From assembly GCA_021153565.1 (NCBI GenBank), contig JAJKJU010000176.1, positions 1,128 to 65,127 of the forward strand: 64,000 nucleotides of DNA. The letters run 5' to 3'. This document shows, one piece after another, positions 29,401 to 34,300 of the stretch (the first letter of the stretch is position 1; every line of letters starts with the position of its first letter). The position numbers and the translations under genes are program-made. The notes under the pieces are model-generated. The model saw only the letters and a program-made list of their open reading frames with translations. It ran no database searches and was not told the origin of the DNA. Source of the DNA: Rhizobacter sp. (GTDB taxonomy: Bacteria > Pseudomonadota > Gammaproteobacteria > Burkholderiales > Burkholderiaceae_C).

Positions 29401-30459
29401 GGCGATCCCTGGCCCGGGTTCATCGACGACGTCCAGGCGCATTTCCCGCCCGCCGACGTGATGGGCGGGCCGAACCAGATCAACGCCCTCGACCCGGATG
29501 TCTTCACGCGCGAGTGCGAAGCGGCCGGCTTCGTCGTCGAGCGTGCCGACTTCTTCGGCGCGGTGGGCGTCGATCGCCAGGCCCACCTGGCGCCCGGGCC
29601 CGACATGGAGCATGCCGGCGTGATCGCCGTCAAGCCGGCGGGCCGCCGGGAGCCGCCTGCCGGCCCGCGGTTCGCCACGTCGCGCGACGGCAATGCGGTG
29701 CGCCTGGAGGTGCGCGGCAGCGGCGAGACCGCCCTGGTCTTCATCCACGGCCTCGGCTGCGACGGCAGCTACTGGGACGCGCAGGTGCAGCATTTCGCCA
29801 GCCGCCACACGGTGCTGTGCCTGGACCTCGCCGGCCACGGCGGCTCCGGCCGCGAGCGCGCGCGCTGGACGGTCCAGGCCTTCGCCGACGACGTCGCCGC
29901 GGCGATCGAGCACGCCGGATTGAAAGAGGTGATCGTCGTCGGCCATTCGCTGGGCGGCCCGGTGATGCTGGAGCTGCCGGCGCGGGTGGGCGCCCGGGTG
30001 CGTGGCCTGGTGGGCGTCGACACGCTGCACAACCTCGAGCCCCGGCCGATGGACCCGGCGCGGCTGGACGCCTGGCTCCAGGCCTACCTCGCGCATCCGC
30101 TCGACCTGCGCGAGATGTTTGCCGCGGGCGTCGACCCGGCCCTGGTCGAGCGGGTACGGCGCACGCGCGCCGCCACAGGCGCCGAGGTCATCCATTCGGC
30201 GATGCGCGAAATGATCCTCTACATGCAGGCGCTGCCGCCGCGGCTGCCGGGGTCGCTGACCTTGATCAACTCGTCCGGCTGGATGCCCACGAGTTTGGAC
30301 ACTGCCCGCCGGCGCGGCGTGACGGTGGAGCTGCTTGACGGCGTGGGCCATTTCCCGATGCTGGAGGCGCCGCAGGCGCTCAATGCCCTCATCGAGAAAG
30401 CCATCCGGCCGTTCCTGAAAGACGAATCAAAAAACGGGGAGATGCTATGTCCAGCCTGA
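8407..30459 (+). CDS. giant hybrid NRPS / trans-AT PKS (about 7350 aa): C-A(Gly)-PCP-KS-DH-KR-cMT-ACP-ACP-KS-ACP-C-A(Gly)-PCP-KS-KR-ACP-KS-MT-like-alpha/beta-hydrolase
   Basis: ATG 8407 lies 2 nt after the upstream stop and 8 nt after GGAGGA (8393-8398). The track start at 7684 is only an in-frame open extension overlapping the previous CDS. Motifs in order: HHLVFDGAS (His codons 8896-8901); YTSGSTGRPKG; PCP GGNS Ser 11464-11466; KS Cys 12163-12165; DH HVVLGRRLLP and DAAIH; KR GGAGGIG; ILEVGAGTG; ACP Ser 17155-17157 and 17458-17460; KS Cys 18163-18165; ACP GLSS 19636-19638; HHVVIDGAS; PCP GGSS 22843-22845; KS Cys 23644-23646; KR TGAFRGLG; ACP GFDS 26524-26526; KS Cys 27271-27273; VLDLGCAYG; GHSLG Ser 29947-29949. 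Confidence 0.9.
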   Translation: MKTTIQSLIAQYKAGHLSGEQVARALADLKAGQAGRPLSAGQQGLWILQKSYPGMTAYNIPVCVRVAQLDAQVLRDAMGWVVRRHPILSTRIRQQSDGRLLQWEEPEQPVPFHVHDLSRATEAEVIAALRAQARQVFAVEDAPLAAVHVFALAGGEAIVLLLVHHLVFDGASGPIVLDALFSACETLRDGGVPALPVAAAGFHDFVRDEQRRLAEGQAALAYWQARLAGPLPVLQLARQSAPVRDAFAGATHMQLLAQPAVDRIVAMAESQGSFLSSLLLAAYKVLLAARSGQRDLVVGMPVNERRSPALQHAVGFLVNMVPIRSVLNEELAFGHFLAQVQKDMIDAMAHSHPFGALVRALGSSPSAARSPVFQTAFMFQDVLQGIDDRPYELVGELHQEGEYELSLELIRRRQGLVLNWKYHPELYSAEDVAALAAAYERVLEAVAGDAGRPLRELFALTGERGAPQAPAHWVHEQVEAQAQSAPDRVAVSFGDQALSYRELSERSTRLASQLRAQGVKKNDLVAVLAERSLDMVVGLLAVLKAGAAYVPLDPAHPADRLAYVVQDSGARVVLAQAALHEQAQSLLVDAPGAASVMLIDGPVAAPQSPQSPQSPQEPVVLDGEDLAYVIYTSGSTGRPKGVMVPHRALANFLTSMMRRPGLGANDVLLAVTTISFDIAGLELWLPLVQGARCHVADAATVRDASQLMRCIQQVRPTVMQATPALWTMLFLAGWRNAEGVRALCGGEAMPASLKQRFVETNTQAWNMYGPTETTIWSTVAQVHADRPVCLGEPIGETVLHVLDDQLRPVAEGGEGELCIAGAGVARGYWNRPELTAQKFIEHPLVPGGRLYRTGDLVRLGPGGSLEYLGRMDFQVKIRGHRVELGEVEHPLLQRAEVQECVAVARGADGERQLVAYCVPRAGAVPAFQPAALRAWLRERLPHYMVPDLVVAIDRIPLTANGKVDRQALMQRPVALGAAPMATPPAGRQALEARLLELWCEVLHVDGVELDDPFFDAGGNSMNAVVLADRITAAFGVPFTAGELFKHPTVSALAAWLQQALPAYAGLLAAVCAAAPAAGPAHDEDSVAVIGISCQFPGAPDLRAFWRSLCEGRQATRFLDEAQLREAQVPERLIGRPGYVPMQLGLADKDCFDAEFFKLSPNHVEMMDPQFRQVLQQAWKAVEDAGLDHRDIPRTAVYVSVGNHGYRTEGDASPVIEDSQQYLAWVLNQSGSVAAMISYQLGLEGPSLSVHSNCSSSLSALDLAFKSVRSGATDFALVAAASARSAERFGYVHQPGLNFSSDGRVKTFDVAADGMVGGEGVAALLLCRTGEAMRRRSHVYGLLRGIASTSDGGQSPGFFSPSMQGQGRAIRQVLQETGIDPSTIGYVEAHGTGTKLGDPVEVGALTEAYREHTVAQQFCGIGSVKPNIGHLDTAAGLAGCIKVLLSLHHRQLPPSINFSQPNPRLALQESPFYVTTTLAPWTAGDTPRRAALNSIGIGGSNTHAIFEEFVASAAANPVPRRTHLVPLSARRRPNLLQYAGDLLERLAPADGAADAPRIEDIAFTLQRGRVAMPSRVAFVVDDVAQLALELAAFVDGRASEHRFEGEALSRAGSAGQEGDVPAAADLLQLAQGWVAGEPLSWPALHDTTARRVSLPTYPFSRTRHPWAGHPRPEATGAAAPVAGGHPLMQGTCVGDAPWRFHARLSGEEFVVRDHVVLGRRLLPAVGALEMAFEALRRSMPQPAGPGHRLVLKHLSWLRPVAFDGAEGLALELSVQWEAASGHAPASATFELRGQGAQPVVHMQGRAQLHPATSAPRVDLAALRSRMSPQAVDGQACYAHIRRVGIDYGTGFRVIDKLHRSGPSAPREVLAELRLPQALAATMDEYTLHPSLMDAAIHASVGLEDALLAAVAGDAVPVEPAGAAARTAVPFALDSFEYFAPFQPRMQAWVRSDAMHPDEQDARVLDIDLLDMQGRTCARLRGLAFRPLGAPADGVAPRASVFNALQPAWLPLPASPAGALAVDHDSATAWLDLPPAWAGELRAHPAASVALPANISEDEIRDHLARLPAIDHLVWFAPPAGLGVAGDLQAMRAAQAHGLRRLFRIVKAVLALGHGKRGLTWTVITFGTQAVNQRDAVDPTHAGVHGLMGSLAKEYGQWRIRLLDLPADASPSLALPALPDRQSPVASGETLALRDGRWHRQRLLPVQALPEAAALPQCGSVQVVVGGAGGIGEVWSRFMVERHQAGIVWIGRRAADEAIVAKLQSLAELARRHGAPEPMYVPADAADLASLREAHRTIRQRHARVDGVVHSAIVLADRSVAHMDEQRLQLALAPKVDASIHLAEVFAEEPLQQVLFFSSLEGFARSPGQANYAAGCTFKDAFAQALARVRGARAAAAGLPAPAVKTVHWGYWGTAGVVSDAAYRQRMASAGIDSLDPRQAMEQLERFVASGFGQLAFVQTFGHEPLQAWCGDEQVLVAPAAGPSVLQACRAATPPRHEAVAQLLPALPQPRMLDLSRRLLAATLRDIAGDGRSLRVQGGLLPKYQRWFDESRAELQRSGLMLGDGTGSPEAFALRTDDLWTQWHAARPQWVQQEFQRGQVDLLERCLAAMPEVLAGRRPATDVLFPGGSTSAVEAMYRHHPVVDHFNLQLGDLAAQAVAAWRQHDPARRVRILEVGAGTGASTRRVLQALRPLAGAIEEYCFTDVSKAFLFAAQERLAAEHPFLRTRLFDVSRPGQPQGVAPCSYDIVIATNVLHATPDVARTLRHVKATMRRQGLLLLNEMSSNALLSHLTFGLLDGWWACDDTALRLPGGPLLAPARWIDLLADAGLAPGWLPHPEAHALGQQVIVAESDGIVRLPHEGMPAAMAPAAMAPAAEAGTDDAALLRTRTQAHLGDIVARALKLEQVDPQRDLAEYGLDSILVANLNNALAQDFDDLPSTLFFEMKTIDALVDYFVVCKRPALMERFGLHERGEAAAGQVAGAPLQDALHARLRRVVCEVLKMSEAELAPERNLFDCGLDSILVTQLNNRLAGPFEGLGSTLFFDCPTIAAATEHLLQHRAAEVVAWVGATVPATAAASPATLQRAAAAAAGVCAAAQPARPAASVRSRDVAIVGLAGHFPGAQDVQQFWSQVRDGVDCVSAYPADRWWCPPRAGEQRWGGFLRDVACFDAAFFGIDDTLAALLDPQERLFIETTYHAIEDAGYTPATLADSRRVGVFVGVMNATYSQRVAYSSIANRTSYLFDFQGTSLAVDSACSSSLTAIHLALESLYSGDNDCAIAGGVNLILDLDHFDLLSEMKLLSAGRECRAFGERADGFVAAEGVGSVVLRPLDDALARGDQIHGVIKASAVNAGGRSNRYGVPNLHAQRALVERALDKAGIDPATIGYVEAHGTATLLGDSIEVSALGRAYDRAGRRPRGSCPIGSVKSNIGHCESASGMAGLIKVLMQMKHGQIAPSLHAEELNSGIVFGQTPFFVNRSLAPWPAQDAQGRAVPRRAAVSCFGAGGANAHLLVEQHVAPATGHAEDPADGAWHAVPLSARHPERLRELARRLLALLRQGGPVPALRDVAYTLQVGREALPVRAGWLVRSIDDLCVKLAAFIDGDASAPASDLRQLSRSSETERRWHAEQAACIERHDMPGLLALWLQGAEASWQAMVLGPRPRRVSLPGYPFEKTVHWHQPPQGGPARTGAGSRAAAEGRQPSRSSAPAAPLERVRAWLAGELGRGLGIEAGEIDAGRDFVQSGLSSQALVQLAREIRRKLEPDFDAATLFEHATLDRLASHLVNERGVDAASLDVDDTSPEAGVAPEVAGRHPLSQGQQGLWMLQKTHPATTAYHVPLCLRARDLDTGLFAEAFAFALRQHPALDVVVAIAEGRLVQQACGQAAGVPEHDARALDEPQVLERIRRDVLRPFDLERGPLCRAAVYRLGDGSALVLIEAHHVVIDGASLAVLVGTLEQAYDALAARRQPQARPEAASHADFVAEEARLLASGEGQRRLAHWRRRLEGAMPLALHTDHPRRAAHAVHGRSRATALPVALGEALRRFCEAQALYPSTVFLALFQVLLRHYTQQEDVVVGMPASGRPGPRFERTVGYFVNMVPVRSQVAAELGVQDFCRALQRQLAQDLACAYPLPALVRELGLAQADGSAPLFNVAFMVQDWHEDRSSAAARFEHLPGVQQQGEYDLVLEVVLPAQASQPIVLNWKYDPGLFEDETLARLHRHFAVLLEMVMQRPDTPVAACELVCAEERLGLVRDRNRTEVAYPAHMTTASLFAAQAQRTPQAPAIVFGEQALRYGELHARVERLAAGLRRRGVGPGRLVAVCMERCTDLVAALLGVLQAGGAYIPLDPGYPRERLVDILGDARPQVVLTQQALQASVRGMCRDAMDGRDDVVVAMDGEWIEPASQAGTDARLAATPDDLAYVIYTSGSTGRPKGVMVSHRALTNFLCSMAREPGLAATDRLLAVTTHSFDIAALELFLPLVAGAVCHIADAATVKDAQRLKSLVEAVRPTVMQATPSAWSMLLHAGWRDGQGLRILCGGEAMSEPLKDRLLATGAEVWNMFGPTETTVWSLVERVQPGKPVSIGTPIANTRVYVVDPQGRLSPSGVPGELCIAGDGLARGYLNRPELSAEKFCADPFVPGASMYRTGDLVRWAPDGSLQYLGRMDSQVKVRGFRIELAEIETLLLAHPAVRDGAVVARAQGENKLLVAYYTPEGDGADGAQALQQHLAGRLPDYMVPAFFIQLEALPCTPNGKVDRKSLSERPLRLHGDADAPASTPAPMAPAAAVALDEVLGLWREVLMVEDIRASDGFFDAGGSSVLAAVLAERIAQRFGVVFTATDVFRHPTAAQVHARLNALRAVPAAACRTAPAARASVPFAQELQSTQGAPGMQDAQGARAPAHASGAAADASATGLQGAVAIVGLSCEVPGARNHRAFWRNLLAGHESVTLYTADELHERGVAPWLAAHPRFVPVQSTMAGKAFFDAEFFGISARDAELMDPQARLLLQNAWKAVEDAGYLAEDIADAAVYLSASNSHYLAPLVHDLQHKDSETLVRFMLSQPGTFAAMVSHHLRLKGPSLFVHSNCSSSLAALALGCQAIASGQVRHALVGGASIYAHDSIGYLHEEGMNLSADGHCRAFDAQASGMVGGEGVAVVLLKDAAAALADGDAIYAIVRGAAINNDGGDKAGFYAPSVAGQTAVIRSALARAGVDASTVQYVEAHGTGTRLGDPIEVSALAEAYRDARAVGLGSVKSNLGHLDAAAGLAGLVKCALALREGQVPPSIHFRTPNPQARFEATPFQVLDRVTPLRSDGGPARAAVSSFGIGGTNVHAVLEAAPAVGGGAQAGGARLVPLSARKPANLRCMARELADELQRGMDSGTAPRLADVAFTLQVGRLAQPVRAAFVVHELPELVAALRGLAGGHDAMAPPQSLAEAGLLDDEDRQQLVQRWISAGRLDKLARFWQAGGTVHWARLHGPHDRPRRVNLPAYAFSEDAHWIAREVQPVSAAQDTMVKPSEATLFEERWVEAPLPEGVQVAAAQGRRERIVCLFDDATGRQHLRQALQALNPQAELLFLAQDPSAGAEAGCLAVEGGEHGLDTALQTVARDGAQVDAVYWLGPVQDAGCLHDLAFPGVLLRALQRAGLSAGQVLLAGSFTDAVEQALLDALVGYERSVARAWPGSVVRVLMHAGTATPEQWVHLLHRELHHGGHASVMVRDGRRLACRVRPMDGAAPGTGFAFKRGGTYVVTGAFRGLGRRVAEHLARRYQAKLVLLGRSVPGEKELAWIAGLADAGCEVQHASVDVADLQALQAVHAALPPAWRQVDGVLHVAGVDQPASLLEQDAAAFERVLRPKVPGTLALERVFGAQGQALMCAFSSSAAVQGDFGGCDYAVANRFQWAYARALREWQGEGSRMVAIGWPLWEEGGMGAATRQRLQPQALQAYLAASGQAPLPTRTALALLERLLGEGHVQPLVINADPVRAGALLKSTGGMAPAVAGPAVAAPVGDPLQQALAAELHSLAQQLLKQPEQALDEDRPFVDLGFDSIRLMQLATRMSERLGVKLLPALFYDHPTIGQIAGHVAAVHAEALAARWPAAALRAPQEPASAPAGAGQDGTAPPAPASSPSKEHATALHEPIAIIGMSGLFPQADSVPAFWQMVAGQQHAVGPVPAARWGWHAADSTSELRCRWMGCLDAVDAFDAQFFEIAPKEARVMDPRQRLLLQEAWKALDDAALGPQLLGERRVGVFVGVEQGDYQYLVQDGGNVTSNHDGVLAARLSYFLDFKGPVMALNTACSSGLVALHQACMSLRQGECDIAVVAAANLLCTPGAFVAMDRAGMLSPSGRCRTFDRHADGMVPGEAVVALVLEPLARAQAEGDPVHSVVVASAINCDGRTNGITAPAGPAQQALLEDIYVRQGVDPAGIGLVVAHGTGTRLGDPVEVQALNAVFGPRMPPGARCALASTKTHVGHTFAASGLVSLAALSQALAHGVLPASLHCEEESDYIEWRDSPFYVNKKAGPWPTAAGRRRMGGVSAFGMSGTNAHVVLAEAPAPAALAAAAALPAYLLPVSAKTEAALERALARLAGWLQETALRDEDLARLSHTLWHGRHHFRHRSAIIASSVPQALQRWSDLRAGQDDAGCFRASVDRSFKPSAASHEAVDALLAQAGAGSLPRPAHEAALAELARWYVQGHPIDAARLHPGRPLRLRLPAYPFAADRHWVDDRLQATRDAAAPATAADAALGHSQPAAVQADSRVASKQPLQRRPTPHADESAPMPQAGKPARQPLTLADPATSDWPAPSGAAAPGAKPTGIGLSPLPEAPTLTGGALRPHDVLEDLKSAADIGFGGMVATLNRTGVMVECLIPYSSDFADYAGHGDAEVLDLGCAYGVATIAALECGARVMAVDMAQAHLDILAQRVSDEARCRLSLMQGVLPDIDFEPGRFAAIHASRVLHFLRPQDVQLTLRKMFSWLKPGGRIFLSSDSPYFGYWAAKATEYEQRKRQGDPWPGFIDDVQAHFPPADVMGGPNQINALDPDVFTRECEAAGFVVERADFFGAVGVDRQAHLAPGPDMEHAGVIAVKPAGRREPPAGPRFATSRDGNAVRLEVRGSGETALVFIHGLGCDGSYWDAQVQHFASRHTVLCLDLAGHGGSGRERARWTVQAFADDVAAAIEHAGLKEVIVVGHSLGGPVMLELPARVGARVRGLVGVDTLHNLEPRPMDPARLDAWLQAYLAHPLDLREMFAAGVDPALVERVRRTRAATGAEVIHSAMREMILYMQALPPRLPGSLTLINSSGWMPTSLDTARRRGVTVELLDGVGHFPMLEAPQALNALIEKAIRPFLKDESKNGEMLCPA
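9821..11310 (+). other. adenylation domain, hand-extracted code D-I-L-Q-L-G-M-I-W (Gly-type)
   Basis: Aligned by hand to GrsA positions 235-331 using SFDIAGLELW, TVMQATPALW, ALCGGEAM and NMYGPTETTIWS. Confidence 0.7.
10222..10254 (+). repeat. in-frame 9-bp microsatellite (CCGCAGTCC x3 plus CCGCAG) encoding PQSPQSPQSPQ
   Basis: Read directly. It lies in the first Gly adenylation domain, upstream of the YTSGSTG motif. Confidence 0.9.
16000..16960 (+). other. PKS C-methyltransferase domain (class I SAM fold)
   Basis: ILEVGAGTGASTRRVL (~16420-16465) and ATNVLHATPD. It lies between a KR and a tandem ACP pair. Confidence 0.75.
17040..17570 (+). other. tandem ACP doublet (no Trp flag)
   Basis: EYGLDSILVANLNN (Ser 17155-17157) and DCGLDSILVTQLNN (Ser 17458-17460). 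Confidence 0.8.
21190..22675 (+). other. adenylation domain, hand-extracted code D-I-L-Q-L-G-M-V-W (Gly-type)
   Basis: Read from SFDIAALELF, TVMQATPSAW, ILCGGEAM and NMFGPTETTVWS. Confidence 0.7.
28870..29640 (+). other. class I SAM-dependent methyltransferase-like domain at an unusual position (after the KS, before the beta-branching ACPs)
   Basis: AEVLDLGCAYGVATI (motif I variant), VMAVDMA (post-I acidic residue), AIHASRVLHFL and LKPGGRIFLSS. Confidence 0.7.
29650..30420 (+). other. alpha/beta-hydrolase fold domain (BioH / esterase-like) at the C-terminus of the megasynthase
   Basis: ALVFIHGLGCDGSYW (oxyanion-region HG), nucleophile elbow VVGHSLGGPV (Ser 29947-29949), and the C-terminal DGVGHFPMLEAP (His ~30348-30350). 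Confidence 0.75.
30436..30441 (+). promoter_or_regulatory. Shine-Dalgarno-like site for the 30447 CDS
   Basis: GGGGAG lies 5 nt upstream of the ATG, inside the upstream CDS. Confidence 0.6.
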
Positions 30460-31310
30460 TTGCCAACGACAACCAACCGATCCACAAGTACTTGCGCGAG
30501 ACCCTCGCACAGGTGCTCGACAGCGACCTCGCGCGCGCCGGAGATGACCTTCCGCTGGTGGAGTTGGGGCTCGATTCCGTGCCCTGCGCGGCCTGGGTCC
30601 GCCTGATCGCACAGCAGTACGGCGTGGCGCTCAGCGTGGCCGAGGTGTGCGAATGCGGCACCTTGCGCGCGGTGGGCCAGCGCGTCAACGCGGCGCTGGC
30701 CTCGCGAGCGACGGCGGGGGAAGGGCGTGCGGCCGACGAGGTGCTGGCCTGCGTGCGGCACAGCCTCGCCGTCGAACTCGACCGGCCGGAAGCCGACCTG
30801 GAAGACGACACGCCGTTCCTCGAACTGGGGCTGGATTCGATCACCGGCGTCACCTGGACGCGCAAGCTCAACACGCACTTCAAGCTCTCGCTGTCGGTGG
30901 CCAAGGTGTACAGCCACCCGACGCTGAGGGCGCTGGCTGCCCACATCGCGGTATCGACCGCGAAGCTCATCCCGGGGGTCGCCGGGCAGGAGCCGAATGG
31001 CAAGGCGCCGGTTCATGCGGGGAAGGCCGAGGCGGCGCCCGCACCTGCACCCGCGCAGCCCGGGGACGCCGTGCCGGGCGATGCGGTGGCACCGGTGGCT
31101 GCCGTGTTGCGCCGCCTGTTGGCGCAGGAGCTGGATGCCGACGAGCGCGGCATCGACGATGCCATGCCGTTCCTGGAGCTGGGTCTGGACTCGATCACTG
31201 GCGTCACCTGGATGCGCAAGATCAACACCCGCTTCGGCCTGGCGTTGTCGGTCGCCAAGGTCTACAGCCATTCGACCATCGCCGGGCTGGCGGCGTTCAT
31301 CGTGCAGCAG
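30447..31310 (+). other. triple ACP, each with Trp six residues after the Ser (beta-branching flag)
   Basis: LGLDSVPCAAW, LGLDSITGVTW and LGLDSITGVTW. The second and third copies are clearly paralogous (VAKVYSHPT / VAKVYSHST). Confidence 0.85.
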
Positions 31311-34300
31311 GGCGTGAGTGCCGGCCCGCCGGAGGCGACGCAGCGGCCTGCCGCCGCACCAGGCGCGCGGGCTGCACCCGCATCCCCGGCATCGCAAGCC
31401 GGGCCGCCTGCGCTGCAAGCGGCACCAGGGCCGGCCTTGTTCGCGCAGGCGCCGCCCGTGCCGGCCGGCATCGCGGTGATCGGCATGTCAGGCCAGTTCC
31501 CGATGGCCGACGACCTGGAAGCGTTCTGGCAGAACATCCTCCAGCGCAAGGACTGCGTCAGCGAGGTGCCGGCATCGCGCTGGCGCATCGACCGGCATTT
31601 CCAGTCCGGCGCGCCGCGGCCCGGCAAGTCGTACAGCAAGTGGATGGGCGTGCTCGATCGCGCGGCCGAGTTCGACCCGCTGTTCTTCAACATCTCGCCG
31701 GCCGAGGCGCAGTTCATGGACCCGCAGCAGCGCCTGGTGCTGCAGCAGAGTTGGCATTGCATCGAGGATGCCGGCGGCGACCCCGATCGCCTGGCCGGCA
31801 CCGCCTGCGGCGTCTTCCTCGGCTGCTCGTCCAACGGCTACGGTGAGCAGGTCGACGAGCGCGACTGGAACGCGCACCAGAACCTGGGCAGCAACAGTGC
31901 CATCCTGGCCAGCCGCATCGCCTACTTCCTGAACCTGCGCGGGCCCTGCCTGTCGATCGACACCTCGTGCTCGTCCTCGCTGGTGGCCATCGCCAGCGCC
32001 TGCGACAGCCTCTTGCTGGGCGAGAGCGAGGTCGCGCTGGCCGGCGGCGTGTGGGTGATCCCCGGACCGGGCGTGCACGTTGCGATGAGCCAGCTCAACG
32101 CACTGTCGCCCGATGGTCGCTGTCGCGCCTTCGACGACCGCGCCAACGGCTTCGTACCGGCCGAGGGTGTGGGCTTCCTGATGCTGAAGCGGCTGTCCGA
32201 TGCGCAACGCGACGGCGACCGCATCCATGCAGTCATCGCCGGCTGGGGCGTCAACCAGGACGGCAAGTCCAACGGCATTACCGCGCCGAACGGCGACGCC
32301 CAGGCGGCGCTGCAGGAGCGGGTGTACCGGCGTTTCGGCATCGACCTCGCGGACATCGACCTGGTGGAGGCGCACGGCACCGGCACCTCGCTGGGCGACC
32401 CGGTGGAGGTGGATGCACTCACCGCGAGCTTCCGGCGTTTCACGCCGCGGGTGGGCGACTGCGCGCTCGGCTCGGTCAAGAGCAACATCGGGCACACCGC
32501 CAGCGCCGCCGGCGTGGCCAGCGCGCTGAAGGTGATCCTCGCGCTGAAGCACCGGGTCCTGCCGCCCACCGCGCTGTTCGAGCGGATGAACCCGCACATC
32601 GACCTGTCTTCGACGCCGTTCCGGGTGCAGGCCGGGCCGGCGCCCTGGGCCGGCCGGGGCCGGCCCCGCATGGGGGTGGTCAACTCCTTCGGCTACAGCG
32701 GCACCAATGCGCACCTGGTGATCGCCGAGGCGCCGCTGCAGCCGCCGATGCAGGCCCCGCAGGGCGAGTGTCTGGTGGTGTTGTCGGCGCGCACTGCCGC
32801 GCAGTTGAAGGAGCAGGCGCAGCGCTTGTCGGCGCACCTCGAACGCCATGCGGACGTCGCCCTCGGCGACCTGGCCCACACCCTGTTGCACGGACGCAAG
32901 CACTGGCGCCATCGCCTGGCGGTCGTCGCGGGCGACCTGGCGCAGCTGCAGCGTTCGCTGCGCGCGTGGCTGGACCAGGGCAGCGACCCGGCCGTGTGCC
33001 AGGGCGAGGCCCAGCCGGGCCAAAGCGGCGCTGCCGTCGAGACGCCGGGGCTGTCCGAGGCCGCGCAGCAGTACGTGCGCGGCGCTTCCCTGCGTTGGGA
33101 GGCGCTGTTCCCCCACGGCCGGCAGCGGCTGCTGAGCCTGCCGGGCTATCCGTTCTCGCGCGAGCGGCATTGGCTGCCCTTGCATCCGCTGCTGCACCGC
33201 GACGAATCCACTGCGTCGCAGGCGCGGTTCAGCGCAACCTTCGATGGCACGGAAAGCTTCCTGGACCACCATCGCGTGCAGGGCGAGAAGGTGCTGCCCG
33301 GCGCCGCCTATCTCGAGATGGCGCGCGAGGCGGTGGCCCGTGTTCACGGTGAGGAAGCGGTGGCCCGCATGCAGCTGCAGGACCTGGTCTGGCTGCGGCC
33401 AGCCACCTGCCGTGCGGGCCTGGAGCTGGCGGCCACACTGACGCCCCAGGCCGAGGGGCTGCTGGGCTTCGAGGTCACGGCCCAGGGCGGGGAGGGGCAG
33501 CCCTTGCTGCTGTGCCAGGCCCGCGTCCGGCTCGACGCCGGGGTGATGCCCCGGCCGGTCGACCTGCAGGCATTGCGCGAGCGCTGCCGCGAGCCGCTGA
33601 TGCCAGCCGAGGATTTCTATGCGCTGTACGCCGCGGCCGGCATGGCGTACGGCCCGGCGCACCGCAGCGTCGTGCGCCTGCTCCAGGGCCGCGGGGCGCA
33701 GGGCCAGCCCGAGGTGCTGGCGGAGATTGCGCTGCCGGCGACTGTGCAGGGGCATCGCCACGGCCTTCATCCCAGCCTCGTCGACGGCGCACTGCAGGCC
33801 ACCGTGTGCCTGGGATGGACCGCGCAGTCGCCGGCGGCATCGCAGCCGGCGCTGCCCTTCGCCCTCGGCGGGCTGCAAGTGCTCGGTGCGACGCCGTCAC
33901 GCGTGTACGCCTGGATCCGGCCTTCGACGGCCGGTCGTGTCTCCGGGGCGGTGCACAAGCTCGACATCAGCCTGTGCGATGAGCAGGGCCGGCTGTGCGC
34001 CGAACTGAGCGGCCTCAGCGTGCGCGCCCTCGCGCGTGGCGAGCAGCCTGCGACCGGGCCCACGCCGGTGTCGCGGGCCGCCGTGCCTGTGGCCGCTGCG
34101 CCGCAAGTGGCCACGGCTTCGGGGGCACCGCGCCCGGCGCAAGTCGGCGACCGCGCCTTGCACTACTTCCGGCAGCAATTGGCGGTGGCGCTGAAGCTGT
34201 CGGTCGGCGAACTCGACGTCGATGCGCCGATGGAGCGCTACGGCATGGATTCCATCATGGCGATGGAACTCACCCGGCACCTGGAGGAGAGCTTCGGCCC

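Noticed and set aside
29650-30420. Interpreting the C-terminal alpha/beta-hydrolase of the 22-kb protein as the chain-terminating thioesterase. This would imply that gene order differs from biosynthetic order.
   Set aside because: The KS immediately upstream has no ACP in its own protein, and the next protein begins with ACPs, so the module continues across the junction. The domain has an HG...GHSLGG...GH esterase/BioH-like layout and is preceded by an MT rather than an ACP. I cannot exclude the alternative without phylogeny.
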